NCBI GenBank assembly: GCA_030059675.1
Contig: JANVYQ010000001.1
Coordinates: 96,001 to 160,000, forward strand
Source of the DNA: Candidatus Pelearchaeum maunauluense
GTDB lineage: Archaea > Thermoproteota > Nitrososphaeria_A > Caldarchaeales > Caldarchaeaceae
Direction of reading: 5' to 3'
Length of the DNA: 64,000 bases
This document shows, in pieces, positions 27,647 through 36,888 of this stretch; the first letter of the stretch is position 1, and each line of letters begins with the position of its first letter. Position numbers and translations under genes: made by a program. The notes below the pieces were generated by a model that saw only the letters and a list, made by a program, of their open reading frames with translations, did no database searches and was not told the DNA's origin.

Positions 27647-28636
27647 CTACACGGCAGTGGGCGGGTTTACGAGATATTTCGCAACCTCACCCAGCATGCC
27701 AAGCCCCTTCGGCTCGCGGTCAAACATCGGGATTACCGAGACGACCTTTCCGCCGAACTTCCGCCGTATCTCGTCAAGGTATCTCTGCTGCATCTCAACG
27801 CGGTGGGCTAGGAGCTTTGAGGAGTTGTTGGCCAGACTGCTTGGGAGAACCTGGTTGACCACTATCCCCGAGAGGGTAAGCCCAAGCTCCTTGAACATAT
27901 CCAGCGCCCTCTCTGTGTCAAGTATGGACATCTTCTCAGGCGTCATGACCATGAAGAAAGCGGTCTTCCTCCTGTCCAGCATAACATCCTTGAAGAAGCC
28001 CAGCTTCCTCTGTATGTCGTATAGCTCCTCAAGAACCTTGTCCTCGCTTAGTACGCGCTGGCCGCGCAGGGTTGCGGCTATCTCGTCATACTCCTTAGCC
28101 TTCTTACGCGCGTCTGTTATCCTATCAACCCACATGCTCAGAATCTCCGCCATCGCTATCATCCTAACACCATGACCAAACGGTGGCATGTCAAAGATGT
28201 AGTAATCATACTTACCCTCCGCCAAGTATTCAGCCATAGCATCATAGGTAGCAGACTCGTACATAGCTGGCTCCACCGCAGAGGTCTCAATATACGACTC
28301 AATCTCAGGCGGAATCTCCTCCATCTTATACATCTCTCTAATCTTCCTCTTCACATCCTCAATATACTCGCGTATCCTTTTGTCAGCATCTATCTCGACG
28401 ACGTATAGGTTTGGGGCTACCTCTATCTCGCCCTTCCCGAATATGTCGCGCTCGAAGATGTCGCTGAGTGAGGCTTGGGGGTCTGTGCTGAAGCAGAGGC
28501 AGCGTTTCCCCTCGTTAACCGCTAGGTGGTATGCGAGAGCCGCGCTGCATGTCGTCTTGCCCAGCCCACCCTTACCAGCGAAGATTATCATCTTAGTCTC
28601 GTTGTTCTGCTCCAAGTATTGGCGAAGCCCAATCAT
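27647..28636 (-). CDS. ArsA/Get3-family ATPase A
   Basis: AGKGGLGKTT; STDPQASL; DMPPFGH; TPEKMS; EPKG. Confidence 0.92.
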   Translation of the reverse strand: MIGLRQYLEQNNETKMIIFAGKGGLGKTTCSAALAYHLAVNEGKRCLCFSTDPQASLSDIFERDIFGKGEIEVAPNLYVVEIDADKRIREYIEDVKRKIREMYKMEEIPPEIESYIETSAVEPAMYESATYDAMAEYLAEGKYDYYIFDMPPFGHGVRMIAMAEILSMWVDRITDARKKAKEYDEIAATLRGQRVLSEDKVLEELYDIQRKLGFFKDVMLDRRKTAFFMVMTPEKMSILDTERALDMFKELGLTLSGIVVNQVLPSSLANNSSKLLAHRVEMQQRYLDEIRRKFGGKVVSVIPMFDREPKGLGMLGEVAKYLVNPPTAV

Positions 28637-28648
28637 TATGTCTTCACC

Positions 28649-28927
28649 CTACCCATAGATTATGTCGGTGAAGTCTCTCTCGCGGTAGAACCTATGCTTC
28701 CAAGACTTTATGCTGGGTATCGTGTAGGGTAGGAGCCTGAGCGAGTAGTATGGGGGGAGTATGGGGAGCCCCAACATATCCCCCAAAATCATGAGCGTGA
28801 AGAGATGCTCAATGTACATCCTGGTTTTGAGGACGCCTGTTACCTGCGAGTGAAGCGCCATACCATAAGTTACTTGCTTCACCGCGTCCTTTAGCTTGTC
28901 GAATACTCCTGACCGTTTCTCCGACAT
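28649..28927 (-). CDS. Small CstA/ArsA-associated protein (copy A)
   Basis: GDMLGLPILPPYYSLRLLPY..W. Confidence 0.75.
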   Translation of the reverse strand: MSEKRSGVFDKLKDAVKQVTYGMALHSQVTGVLKTRMYIEHLFTLMILGDMLGLPILPPYYSLRLLPYTIPSIKSWKHRFYRERDFTDIIYG

Positions 28928-29014
28928 CAGAAGCTCGTTAATATAGTTGCTGCTCTCGGCTTTAAAGATTTGTATATTTTCAAAAATTCCAAGAAATAAT
29001 TGGGGAGGGGGTTT

Positions 29015-30754
29015 CTATTGGGCTGGCTTGACGGCGGCAGCCTTCGCTCTGCTCAGCGCCTTGAGCAACAGCGCGAACATCACTATTCCTAGTATGAACA
29101 TTATTACGCCGACGACCACCGAGAAGCCGTTAATCGCCTGCACAGCGCCTATCCCAGCGGCTTCCTTCAAGATGTTCTGCGTCGGATGCAGCAGCATAGC
29201 CTGCGTGGTAGCTACGAAGAATACATAGACCTGATACGCTATAGCCGCGAGCGTCGTAATCATCATGAATATTCCTGGTATCAGCGAGTATGATGATGGC
29301 TTTCTCTGCTGTAGTAGGTAGACCGCGACTATTGTGAGGGCGAAGCCTGCGAGGAGCTGGTTTGTTCCTCCGAAGTAGAGCCAGATGTTTATCCAGCTTC
29401 CAGTGAGGACGAACGCTATAGGCAGGACGAACCCTAGGACCGACGCAACATACTTGTTTCCTAGTATGCTTAGTGATGTGCCGCCGAAGACTTCAGCCAT
29501 GACTACGCGCCAATATCTTCCGAGGATTGTCATTATGGTGATGGCCATGAAGACCATGTAGATGGAGAAGAATGTGCTGATGAATGGCGCTGCTGCCTCT
29601 CCTCCTGCTATCGGTGCGACGAGCTTCGTGGCGCCTTGCGGGAATGTGTCTGGGCTTACGCTCACAGGTGCTAGGACAACCCAAGCCGCGAGGGAGGTTA
29701 GGCCTACTGTGTTCTCCGTTAGCATGGCTCCAGCGCCCACAGGCCTGGCGTCAGTCTCAACGTCTAGCTGTCTAGACGAGATGCCCGTACTGATGAGGCT
29801 ATGCCAGCCAGAGATTGCTCCGCACGCGATAGATACGAAGAGCGCTGGCCATAGAGGCCCAGAGCTAAACGTGCCTTCAAAGCCCTTGAAGGCTGGCACG
29901 GCCAGCTCTATACCCGTCAGCGGCGAGGCGAGGGCGCCAACCGCTAGGGCGATTATAGCAACGATTACTGGATAGTATGCGATGTAGTTCATGGGCGTTA
30001 TCAGCCTTGGGAGCGGCAGTAGGGCGCCGAGGAGTAGTAGGATAACTATCGGAACCAGCCAGAGCGTATATGGCGAGCCTGGTTTTCCGCCCAGCGTTAG
30101 GGAGCCTGGTGGAGGCCATGCGAAGAGTGTTCCGACGATTATCCCAACCACCAGCAGGGCTATGGCCAATGCCGTTACTGCTAGTATGTTCATCCTGACG
30201 TTGAAGATCAGGTGTCCCGTGATGAAGGAGGCAGCAACTAGGAAGAGGAGAGTCCAGAAGGAGCTTGGGAATACATCTATGACCACCGCGACGACGTAGA
30301 TGAAGGCGGCGTTGATTAGCAGGAAGTAGAAGAGGAGGAAGCCCAGCAGTAGTTTTCGCGCGGTCGGGCCTATTAGCTCGTAAGCCAGCGGGCCGAAGGA
30401 CTTGCCCTCATTCCTCACCGAGAGGAAGAGGGCGCTGTAGTCCTGTACCCAGCCTATGAGCAGCGCGGCGAAGATAATCCAGAGGAACGCGGGCAGCCAG
30501 CCGAAGATTAGCGCTATGCCAGGCCCCAGTATCGGGCCCAGCGCGGCTATGCTGTTGAACTGGAAGCCGTATAGCACATAGCGCCCCACTGGGAAGAACT
30601 CCACGCCATCCGTGTACATGTGTGCTGGCGTGGGCCTGGCGGGGTCTGGCTGCCATATCTTGCGGTCTATCGCTTTGCTATATCCCCAGTACGCGAGGGC
30701 GTAGATTAGCAGGCCGACGGCGACGAGAGTAAAAGGTGTGTTGTGTATTGCCAC
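29015..30754 (-). CDS. cstA: Carbon starvation CstA-family transporter
   Basis: TPAH..DGVEF, SIAALGPILGP, IACGAISGWHSL, GAMLTE, IW..FGGTNQLLA. Confidence 0.93.
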   Translation of the reverse strand: MAIHNTPFTLVAVGLLIYALAYWGYSKAIDRKIWQPDPARPTPAHMYTDGVEFFPVGRYVLYGFQFNSIAALGPILGPGIALIFGWLPAFLWIIFAALLIGWVQDYSALFLSVRNEGKSFGPLAYELIGPTARKLLLGFLLFYFLLINAAFIYVVAVVIDVFPSSFWTLLFLVAASFITGHLIFNVRMNILAVTALAIALLVVGIIVGTLFAWPPPGSLTLGGKPGSPYTLWLVPIVILLLLGALLPLPRLITPMNYIAYYPVIVAIIALAVGALASPLTGIELAVPAFKGFEGTFSSGPLWPALFVSIACGAISGWHSLISTGISSRQLDVETDARPVGAGAMLTENTVGLTSLAAWVVLAPVSVSPDTFPQGATKLVAPIAGGEAAAPFISTFFSIYMVFMAITIMTILGRYWRVVMAEVFGGTSLSILGNKYVASVLGFVLPIAFVLTGSWINIWLYFGGTNQLLAGFALTIVAVYLLQQRKPSSYSLIPGIFMMITTLAAIAYQVYVFFVATTQAMLLHPTQNILKEAAGIGAVQAINGFSVVVGVIMFILGIVMFALLLKALSRAKAAAVKPAQ

Positions 30755-30810
30755 GGCCTTTTTCCCTCTCTTTTTAAGCGTTAATCGCTACTGAATTCTA
30801 TATAAAATTT

Positions 30811-30840
30811 TTAAAATCTTTTAAAATCACTACAAATCAC
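30811..30840. promoter_or_regulatory. Three 10-bp-spaced AAATC direct repeats in the AT-rich divergent cstA promoter
   Basis: TTAAAATCTT TTAAAATCAC TACAAATCAC next to a TATA-like box at ~30799-30806. Confidence 0.4.
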
Positions 30841-30873
30841 AAAAAGTTAAAACTTAAAAATGATGACGCAGGT

Positions 30874-31440
30874 ATGACGCCAAGCCTTGAGAATGAGATT
30901 TTTTCCAACAATTCCCAGGTGAGGTGTTTATGTTTGGATGAAAAATTCGTTGAGCATATCTTATCTGTCGGCAATCCTGTCCTTGGTGTTTTCCGCTACC
31001 TGGTTCTCCAGCTCCCTGAGGGCTGGGTTGTTAAGAGTAGCGAGATACCTCCAGAAGTTTCATACACAACAGAGTATAATGGCGTTGGATATGTTGTGGA
31101 TGGGCTCACCCATCATTACATTACCAGCGTGCTTGGTGAGGAGACTCTACAACTAACGATAAGGTGTAACAGGATTAGGGGCGAGCTCGGCGTGAATACG
31201 CGGGGCTTGGGTAGCTATTCGCTTGGCAGAACACAGGTAGCTGGACATTCATGCGTCTATGTTTATGGTGAGAAGCTGGTGGGGTTCTTCAGGAAGGAGA
31301 GGATGCGCTATCTCGCTATGGTCTTTGATTGCGGCTTTACGGGTAGGCGTATAGAGCTACGCCTCTTGGGGAGATACTCAAGCGGCGCCGCTATGGAGAG
31401 GCTTATCCCAGCGTTAGAGCAGAGCCGTTGCCACGGCTAA
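30874..31440 (+). CDS. Hypothetical beta-rich protein (start may be TTG ~30934)
   Basis: Open frame with GAGGTG upstream of TTG; coupled to the next gene. Confidence 0.6.
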   Translation: MTPSLENEIFSNNSQVRCLCLDEKFVEHILSVGNPVLGVFRYLVLQLPEGWVVKSSEIPPEVSYTTEYNGVGYVVDGLTHHYITSVLGEETLQLTIRCNRIRGELGVNTRGLGSYSLGRTQVAGHSCVYVYGEKLVGFFRKERMRYLAMVFDCGFTGRRIELRLLGRYSSGAAMERLIPALEQSRCHG

Positions 31441-32108
31441 ATGGGGTGCACTACGGCGTGGTTCTACACGCGATTGATGCGCGCACACTCGTCTTCTACC
31501 TCGCTCTCCTACTCCTCGCCTCATATATAGGCGGGAGAATTTACGGCAGCGTGAGGGTTAATAGGCTACGCTTGAGGCTGGCTCCGATGCTTGAGCGGCT
31601 TGGCTCAAAGCCGCGCATACGCTCTGCTGGGAGTAGGATGCTCGCTTTCTCTGGCGAGTCCCTGGGCAGGCTCATAGGCCAGTACTCGCTCACCATCTTC
31701 CTACTTGGCAGGGAGAACCCGCTCAACTGGCTAATAGCCCGCGCAGCTGGCAGGGGTGATATGGTCATTCTACGCTGCCGCGTTAAGGGCGAGATAAGGC
31801 GCGAGCTGGATATAATAAGGAAGGGGACAGCCCCTTATAAGCGGCTGGCCAAAAGACGCGTAGAGGGCGTTATCAAGGACTTTGGCGACTCTGTGGCTAT
31901 CATACCAAGCCAGCACGCGGCTGGTTATGATGCTGTTGACGGCGCTGTGGAGACGCTTAGGAGAATAGCTGGAATGTGGAGTTTCTCCCTCCGCCGCGAG
32001 ATGCCAGAGCTTATAGTAACGTTCTCCCTCAAGAATATTGAAGCAGAGCTGGAGCAGGCTATTAGGGCGGTTAATGACTCTGTGCAGCTTCTCGTGGGGC
32101 GCTCCTGA
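31428..32108 (+). CDS. Hypothetical single-TM protein
   Basis: N-terminal TM, LLGRENPLNWL motif. Confidence 0.65.
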   Translation: MPRLNGVHYGVVLHAIDARTLVFYLALLLLASYIGGRIYGSVRVNRLRLRLAPMLERLGSKPRIRSAGSRMLAFSGESLGRLIGQYSLTIFLLGRENPLNWLIARAAGRGDMVILRCRVKGEIRRELDIIRKGTAPYKRLAKRRVEGVIKDFGDSVAIIPSQHAAGYDAVDGAVETLRRIAGMWSFSLRREMPELIVTFSLKNIEAELEQAIRAVNDSVQLLVGRS

Positions 32109-32457
32109 TTCTACGTTTTACCGCCTCCTTTACTGCTTCGGCGCCGCGTGAGGCGTCTACAACCTCGCGGCCATCTATCACCGCCCAAATCCCATTAGGA
32201 AGCCTGTGCCGCATCATGAGCCACGCCCCGCGTGGAGAGAGTGGGTTAACCACGCTCAGCCTAAGTATAGAGCCGAACTCCCTCACAAGCTCCCGATAAA
32301 TCACGGAGACCCGCACCTGGTTCTCAGCAACATCACGCGGATACTCGCTTATCTGCATCTCATAGCTATCATGAACCGAGACGCAGAAAGCCTTACACTT
32401 ATTGCTATAGACCGTAGGCAGCAACGATAAGAGCTCAACCTTAACCAAACGCACCAA
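32071..32457 (-). CDS. Hypothetical thioredoxin-like-fold protein, paralog of 25911-26333
   Basis: QISEYPRDV, MRHRL..AVIDGRE. Confidence 0.65.
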   Translation of the reverse strand: MVRLVKVELLSLLPTVYSNKCKAFCVSVHDSYEMQISEYPRDVAENQVRVSVIYRELVREFGSILRLSVVNPLSPRGAWLMMRHRLPNGIWAVIDGREVVDASRGAEAVKEAVKRRIRSAPREAAQSH

Positions 32458-32671
32458 CAGCGGTCTCCACGAGGTTCATGTGCGTGGTTGCTTATTTATC
32501 CTACCCTAAAACACTCAAGGCAGCTCATAGTAGCTTCCTGGAGTCCAGCGAGGCGATTATCAGCCAGGCTGGTCTGATTAGGGGGAAAAGCAGGTAGATT
32601 GGTAGCATGAGCATAAGAGGTAGAGCTCTCCTCTATAAGAATAAGAGCTAGCGTTATTTGCTAGATAGACC

Positions 32672-33823
32672 ATGGTGCGGCGCGGCGCTTATGCTGCCAT
32701 CCTCGTTCTGGGGATAGTGAGCCTGTTGGGTGATTTTGTGTATGAGGGCGGCCGCGCCGTAATCCCTGGCTACCTACCAGCCCTGGGTGCTTCCGCATTC
32801 GTCCTCGGCCTCGTCGGCGGCTTGGGCGATGCGGTGAGCCAGGTCTCGCGCCTGGCTACGGGATACCTAGCCGACAGGACACGCGCATACTGGCCGCTTA
32901 CCATAGCTGGCTACTCCATGATAGCAGCAATACCCCTGCTGGCTCTCGCGGCGAGCTGGGAGGCGGCAGCCCTACTGATACTGCTGGAACGCCTCGGGAA
33001 GGCTCTTAGAACACCCGCACGCGACGCAATCCTATCATTCGTCGGCAAGGAGGTGGGGGCTGGAAAGGCCTTCGGAATCCACGAGTTCCTAGACCAGCTC
33101 GGAGCCGTCGCTGGTCCTCTGGCCATGGCGCTAATCCTGCTGGAGGCGCGGGGGGCAGGAGGCTACAGCACCGCCCTCGCATGGACACTACCACCATTCG
33201 CGGCGTTGATGGTCGCGATACTCTACGCGTATGGGAGGTTTAGACACATAGCGGTAGCGGGTAAGAGCACGTTGGGCGGCGTCAGGCAAAAGCTGGGTAG
33301 GCGCTTCACCCTATACACGGCGGCGGTATCCATCAACACCCTAGGCCTAATCTACATACTACTAATACCATACAAGGCGGAGCAGATACTCAGCCAAGCC
33401 TGGGCTGTACCGCTCATCTACCTAGCCATACAGCTTATAGATGCGCCAGTAGCTCTTCTAGCTGGCCACTGGTTTGACAAGACTGGGGTCAGGCTTCTTG
33501 CTCTTCCTTTCGTCCTCTCAATACCCGCGACACTCATGACATTATACGCTTATGATATGGCTACGCTCATCGCTGGTGCGGCTGTCTTCGGCGTGGTTCT
33601 GGGGATGCAGGAATCCATCTACAGGGCCAGCGTGGCTGTTATGACGCCAGAAGAGGCGCGCGGCTCCGCCTACGGTGTCTTCAGCGCCGCCTATGGAATT
33701 AGCCTAATGGGAAGCGGCGCAGTATACGGCTACCTCCTCCAAGCACCAGAGATTGCAACAGCTTATGTGGTAATAACACAGCTCGCGGCGCTCACACTAC
33801 TCAGAGCCAGCACGCGAGTTTAA
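32672..33823 (+). CDS. MFS transporter
   Basis: GYLADRT, ERLGKALRTPARDA, about 12 TM. Confidence 0.9.
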   Translation: MVRRGAYAAILVLGIVSLLGDFVYEGGRAVIPGYLPALGASAFVLGLVGGLGDAVSQVSRLATGYLADRTRAYWPLTIAGYSMIAAIPLLALAASWEAAALLILLERLGKALRTPARDAILSFVGKEVGAGKAFGIHEFLDQLGAVAGPLAMALILLEARGAGGYSTALAWTLPPFAALMVAILYAYGRFRHIAVAGKSTLGGVRQKLGRRFTLYTAAVSINTLGLIYILLIPYKAEQILSQAWAVPLIYLAIQLIDAPVALLAGHWFDKTGVRLLALPFVLSIPATLMTLYAYDMATLIAGAAVFGVVLGMQESIYRASVAVMTPEEARGSAYGVFSAAYGISLMGSGAVYGYLLQAPEIATAYVVITQLAALTLLRASTRV

Positions 33824-33891
33824 GACCATTATAAGCGTTGGCTGAAACTTTCAAGACGCTGGTTATTAGATAACGCGGAAAAATAACGGGC

Positions 33892-34365
33892 ATGACGTTA
33901 TCTTCGCGCGGTATTATTGGAGGAGCGCTGGGCGGGCTGGTAGGCGCTACTATAATGACCGCCATACTAATCGCCAGCAAAGCAGCTATGGGGCTGCCGC
34001 TGCTGGCTGACTTCATGGTAATGGGAACCTTCGTCGGAGGCGCGGTAGCCGCTGGCTTCGCCGCTCACTACATAGTAGGCCTAGTTGATGGGATAATCTT
34101 CGCAACCATAGTTGCGGTGGTCAAGGCACTAAGACCAACAAGCACGGGCAAGGCGTTAGCCCTAGGAGCGCTATATGGCGTCATACCCTTCATACTGGTC
34201 TTCATACCAGTCTTGATGCTGGGCTTCGCTCCGATAATGATGGCCCTGATGGGCGCTGGAGCAGCTGCCATGCTCCCCACAGTAATAGCGCTGGGATTCG
34301 TAGAGCACTTACTCTTCGGCCTAATCGTCGGAGCCCTGGTCTATCTCTTCAGCAGGGGAGCCTAG
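33892..34365 (+). CDS. Hypothetical membrane protein
   Basis: Hydrophobic, His in TM (AHYIVG, EHLLFG). Confidence 0.7.
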   Translation: MTLSSRGIIGGALGGLVGATIMTAILIASKAAMGLPLLADFMVMGTFVGGAVAAGFAAHYIVGLVDGIIFATIVAVVKALRPTSTGKALALGALYGVIPFILVFIPVLMLGFAPIMMALMGAGAAAMLPTVIALGFVEHLLFGLIVGALVYLFSRGA

Positions 34366-34836
34366 GCTTGGCATCCACCTATAGCGCAGGTAGAGATACG
34401 CGTTCGTCGTCCATATGGTAGCTATGCCCAGAGCCATTAGCTGTAGAGGCGCGTTAAGCACCGTTGAGACGAAGGCGAGGCCTGCTCCCCCTGTCCCGGC
34501 GATTATTGAGAGGAGGTATAGCCATAGGCCGCAGCAGCCTACGTGTGTGAGGGGTAGGAATGAGACGAACGCGGAGATGAACGAGCCTGAAGCGCTGACC
34601 GATGTTGTTGTCTTGCTCTTTATGCGGCAGCGTTTAGCCGCTAGCTTGGCCTGTAGGTAGCCCTGCACCCAGAGCGAGCCTAGGAAAGCAGCTAGGAACG
34701 GCGCGTTTATCGCGAGTGTAAGCCTTATCGCCATGAGGGGAGGTAGGCTCGGAGTGGCCCCCATAACAACAGCTAGGTAGATTGCTAATCCAACCACGCT
34801 GATAGCAGAGCCGCGCAGCGCTCCCTCCCTATCCAT
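34321..34836 (-). CDS. Membrane protein with HVGCCG motif
   Basis: ATG at 34836 forms a TGATG overlap with the upstream stop. Confidence 0.6.
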   Translation of the reverse strand: MDREGALRGSAISVVGLAIYLAVVMGATPSLPPLMAIRLTLAINAPFLAAFLGSLWVQGYLQAKLAAKRCRIKSKTTTSVSASGSFISAFVSFLPLTHVGCCGLWLYLLSIIAGTGGAGLAFVSTVLNAPLQLMALGIATIWTTNAYLYLRYRWMPSLGSPAEEIDQGSDD

Positions 34837-35987
34837 CAGCCACCACCGCCGCCGTAGAGGGGTATGTCTGGGAAGAAGACAGCCCAAGAAAACCAGAAGC
34901 CTGGGAAGATTACAATCTCCCTAAGCTTCCTCCCCTCCAAGGGGCCTGCTACGGCTTCCCCATAGACGTACCACTCGCTCCTAGTCTGCTTATCCACAAT
35001 CTTGCCGTCGCGCCACTCAAACTCCAGCACGGAGCCGTCAAGCCTCCGCTCATAAGCTCTCACAAGCCCCTCCATCGGGCTGAAGACAACAATAGCCCTG
35101 CCAGCAAACTCATCATTAACCACATGCTCCACATAGAGCGTCTCCGCGTGGTAAGCCTTCGCCTCTGGCCCTAGTATGATTCCATAGACCAGTGTCTTGG
35201 GATGAAGCCTATCGTCGCGCTTCTTGATGGGGAACCAGATGTCGTCGCTGGTGTAGTAGAGATACGCCGCATATGGGTCGTCGCCGTAGGGGCGGCTATA
35301 GCCAGTCTCAGGCTACAGCACCTCTGTATATGGATGAAGCTCGCGCCAGAGGCTCCACTTCATCACGTCAACCTGTATCATCTTCAGCTTAGTCCCAGCG
35401 AGGGGGCCGAGTATCGCTATCCCCCACTGCTGGCTCCAGAGCGTATCTGTCCTTCTGTCATACATGACGAGGTTGCTGTTGAAGAGCCTCCCCGACACGC
35501 CGAACTCCACAGGCTCGCCATCTATCACGCGGAGGAAGGCTATTGAGGTGAAGCAGAGGGGGCAGTAGGTAACCGCTATCGGGTCTCCAGCAACTATGTC
35601 ATTCACTATCTCGTGCCAAACGAGTATCTTATGCGGATACGCTCTCGCGACGCCCTTGTAGTAAAGCCCTATAACCATGTCATTAGGTCTAAGGAAGCTC
35701 TCAGCCTCCTCTGCGGAGACGAAGACAGGGCTGTCTATTGATGTGATACCATCCTTCGGCGGGCCTCCTGAGACTATCTCATCTGGAGGCACGACGTATT
35801 TCACTTCAAGACCGTTTGGGAGGCGTGTGGTGCTTACAGCTATGTAGCTGGGTGTTTCACTTACCTTAGCTTCGGCCTCGCCACGTATGGTGGAATCAAT
35901 ACCATTGTCAAGCGCTACGCGTGCGGCAGCCCCAGCCAACGCGGCGAGCGCGACAATCAAAACCACAACCACAAGCCTACTCGGCAT
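34836..35987 (-). pseudogene. DUF3179-family exported protein with in-frame TAG at 35313-35315
   Basis: GGPPKDGI, WHEIVND, TYCPLC, FGVSG.L.NSNLVMYDR; EVL*PETGYSRPYG continues in frame to FWFSWAVFFP. Confidence 0.82.
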
Positions 35988-36158
35988 AGCTTTACAGCAA
36001 AGCCCAATATGCGTGCACGCTTAAAGCCATAGCCTTGAATCGTTCTGATAACATTATACAAACAGCGCTTATATACCATCCTACCCATAAGTGGTTCCCT
36101 CACTCATCCTAACTTTTACTGCTTGAGCCCTAGGGCTAGAAACTCTCTTTGGAATGAG

Positions 36159-36847
36159 CTAGTTGGACAGGCCTGCCAGGAGCATTTTCCCCAGCTCGGT
36201 TATGCTTATGCTTGAGCGGCCTCGGCGCTGTTTTTCCACGCGGACGAGCCCTAGCTGGAGCAGGCCCTTGCTGTCCTCTGAGCCGTTGATGTGGTAGCTT
36301 AGCAGCGGCTTGCCGTAGCCTGTGAGACTGCTCAGCTCGGTCAGGTCTTTCACGGAGCCCCCAGCGCTTTCAGGATATTCATCTTGGCTTCTGAGATTAT
36401 CTCGTTATAGCTCAGCCTGATTATGGGTAGGAGAACTGGGTGGTTGCCGTCTATCGCTATCGTCTTCAGCCCGTTGATGAACGACGCCGTGAGAGCGGCG
36501 CATCCAAGCTGCTTATCACCACTACTCGCATTAACGATTATCTCGTCAAACCTCCCCTTATTCTCCTCTACGATTTTCCTGAAGCGCATAATAGTATTGT
36601 ATAGGAGCGGCTTCTCAATCACATGGACTTCTGTCGCTATCTTGAGCGCCGTCGCGAGCTGGCCAGCGAATATATGCGCGTTCTCGCGCTCGCTCTCAAC
36701 GGTTACGAGTATGAGCTTGGTTATCGGGAGGTAGCGTATCCCCACTAATATGGCGTCCTTATCCTCCTCCCCGAATGTGGCTATGTGTAGAGTGTCGCGG
36801 GCTATGTCTTGCTTAACCTTCTCCTCAGGCATGTCTTGTTCTGACAA
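36159..36847 (-). pseudogene. CARF-like + wHTH transcriptional regulator (HFX_2341/DUF6293-like), frameshifted at ~36355
   Basis: HIATFG, IIVNASSGDK; wHTH LTELSSLTGYGKPLLSYHING..GLV in the adjacent frame. Confidence 0.75.
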
Positions 36848-36888
36848 GATTACCGTCGGTAGGGTATATGAGCGTAGCCCTTAATGTT

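Noticed and set aside
26641-28636. Arsenic resistance operon
   Set aside because: No ars pump, reductase or regulator genes; the context is cstA.
25750-32457. tRNA-Pro as the attachment site of an integrated element
   Set aside because: No integrase and no duplicated tRNA 3' end seen in the window.
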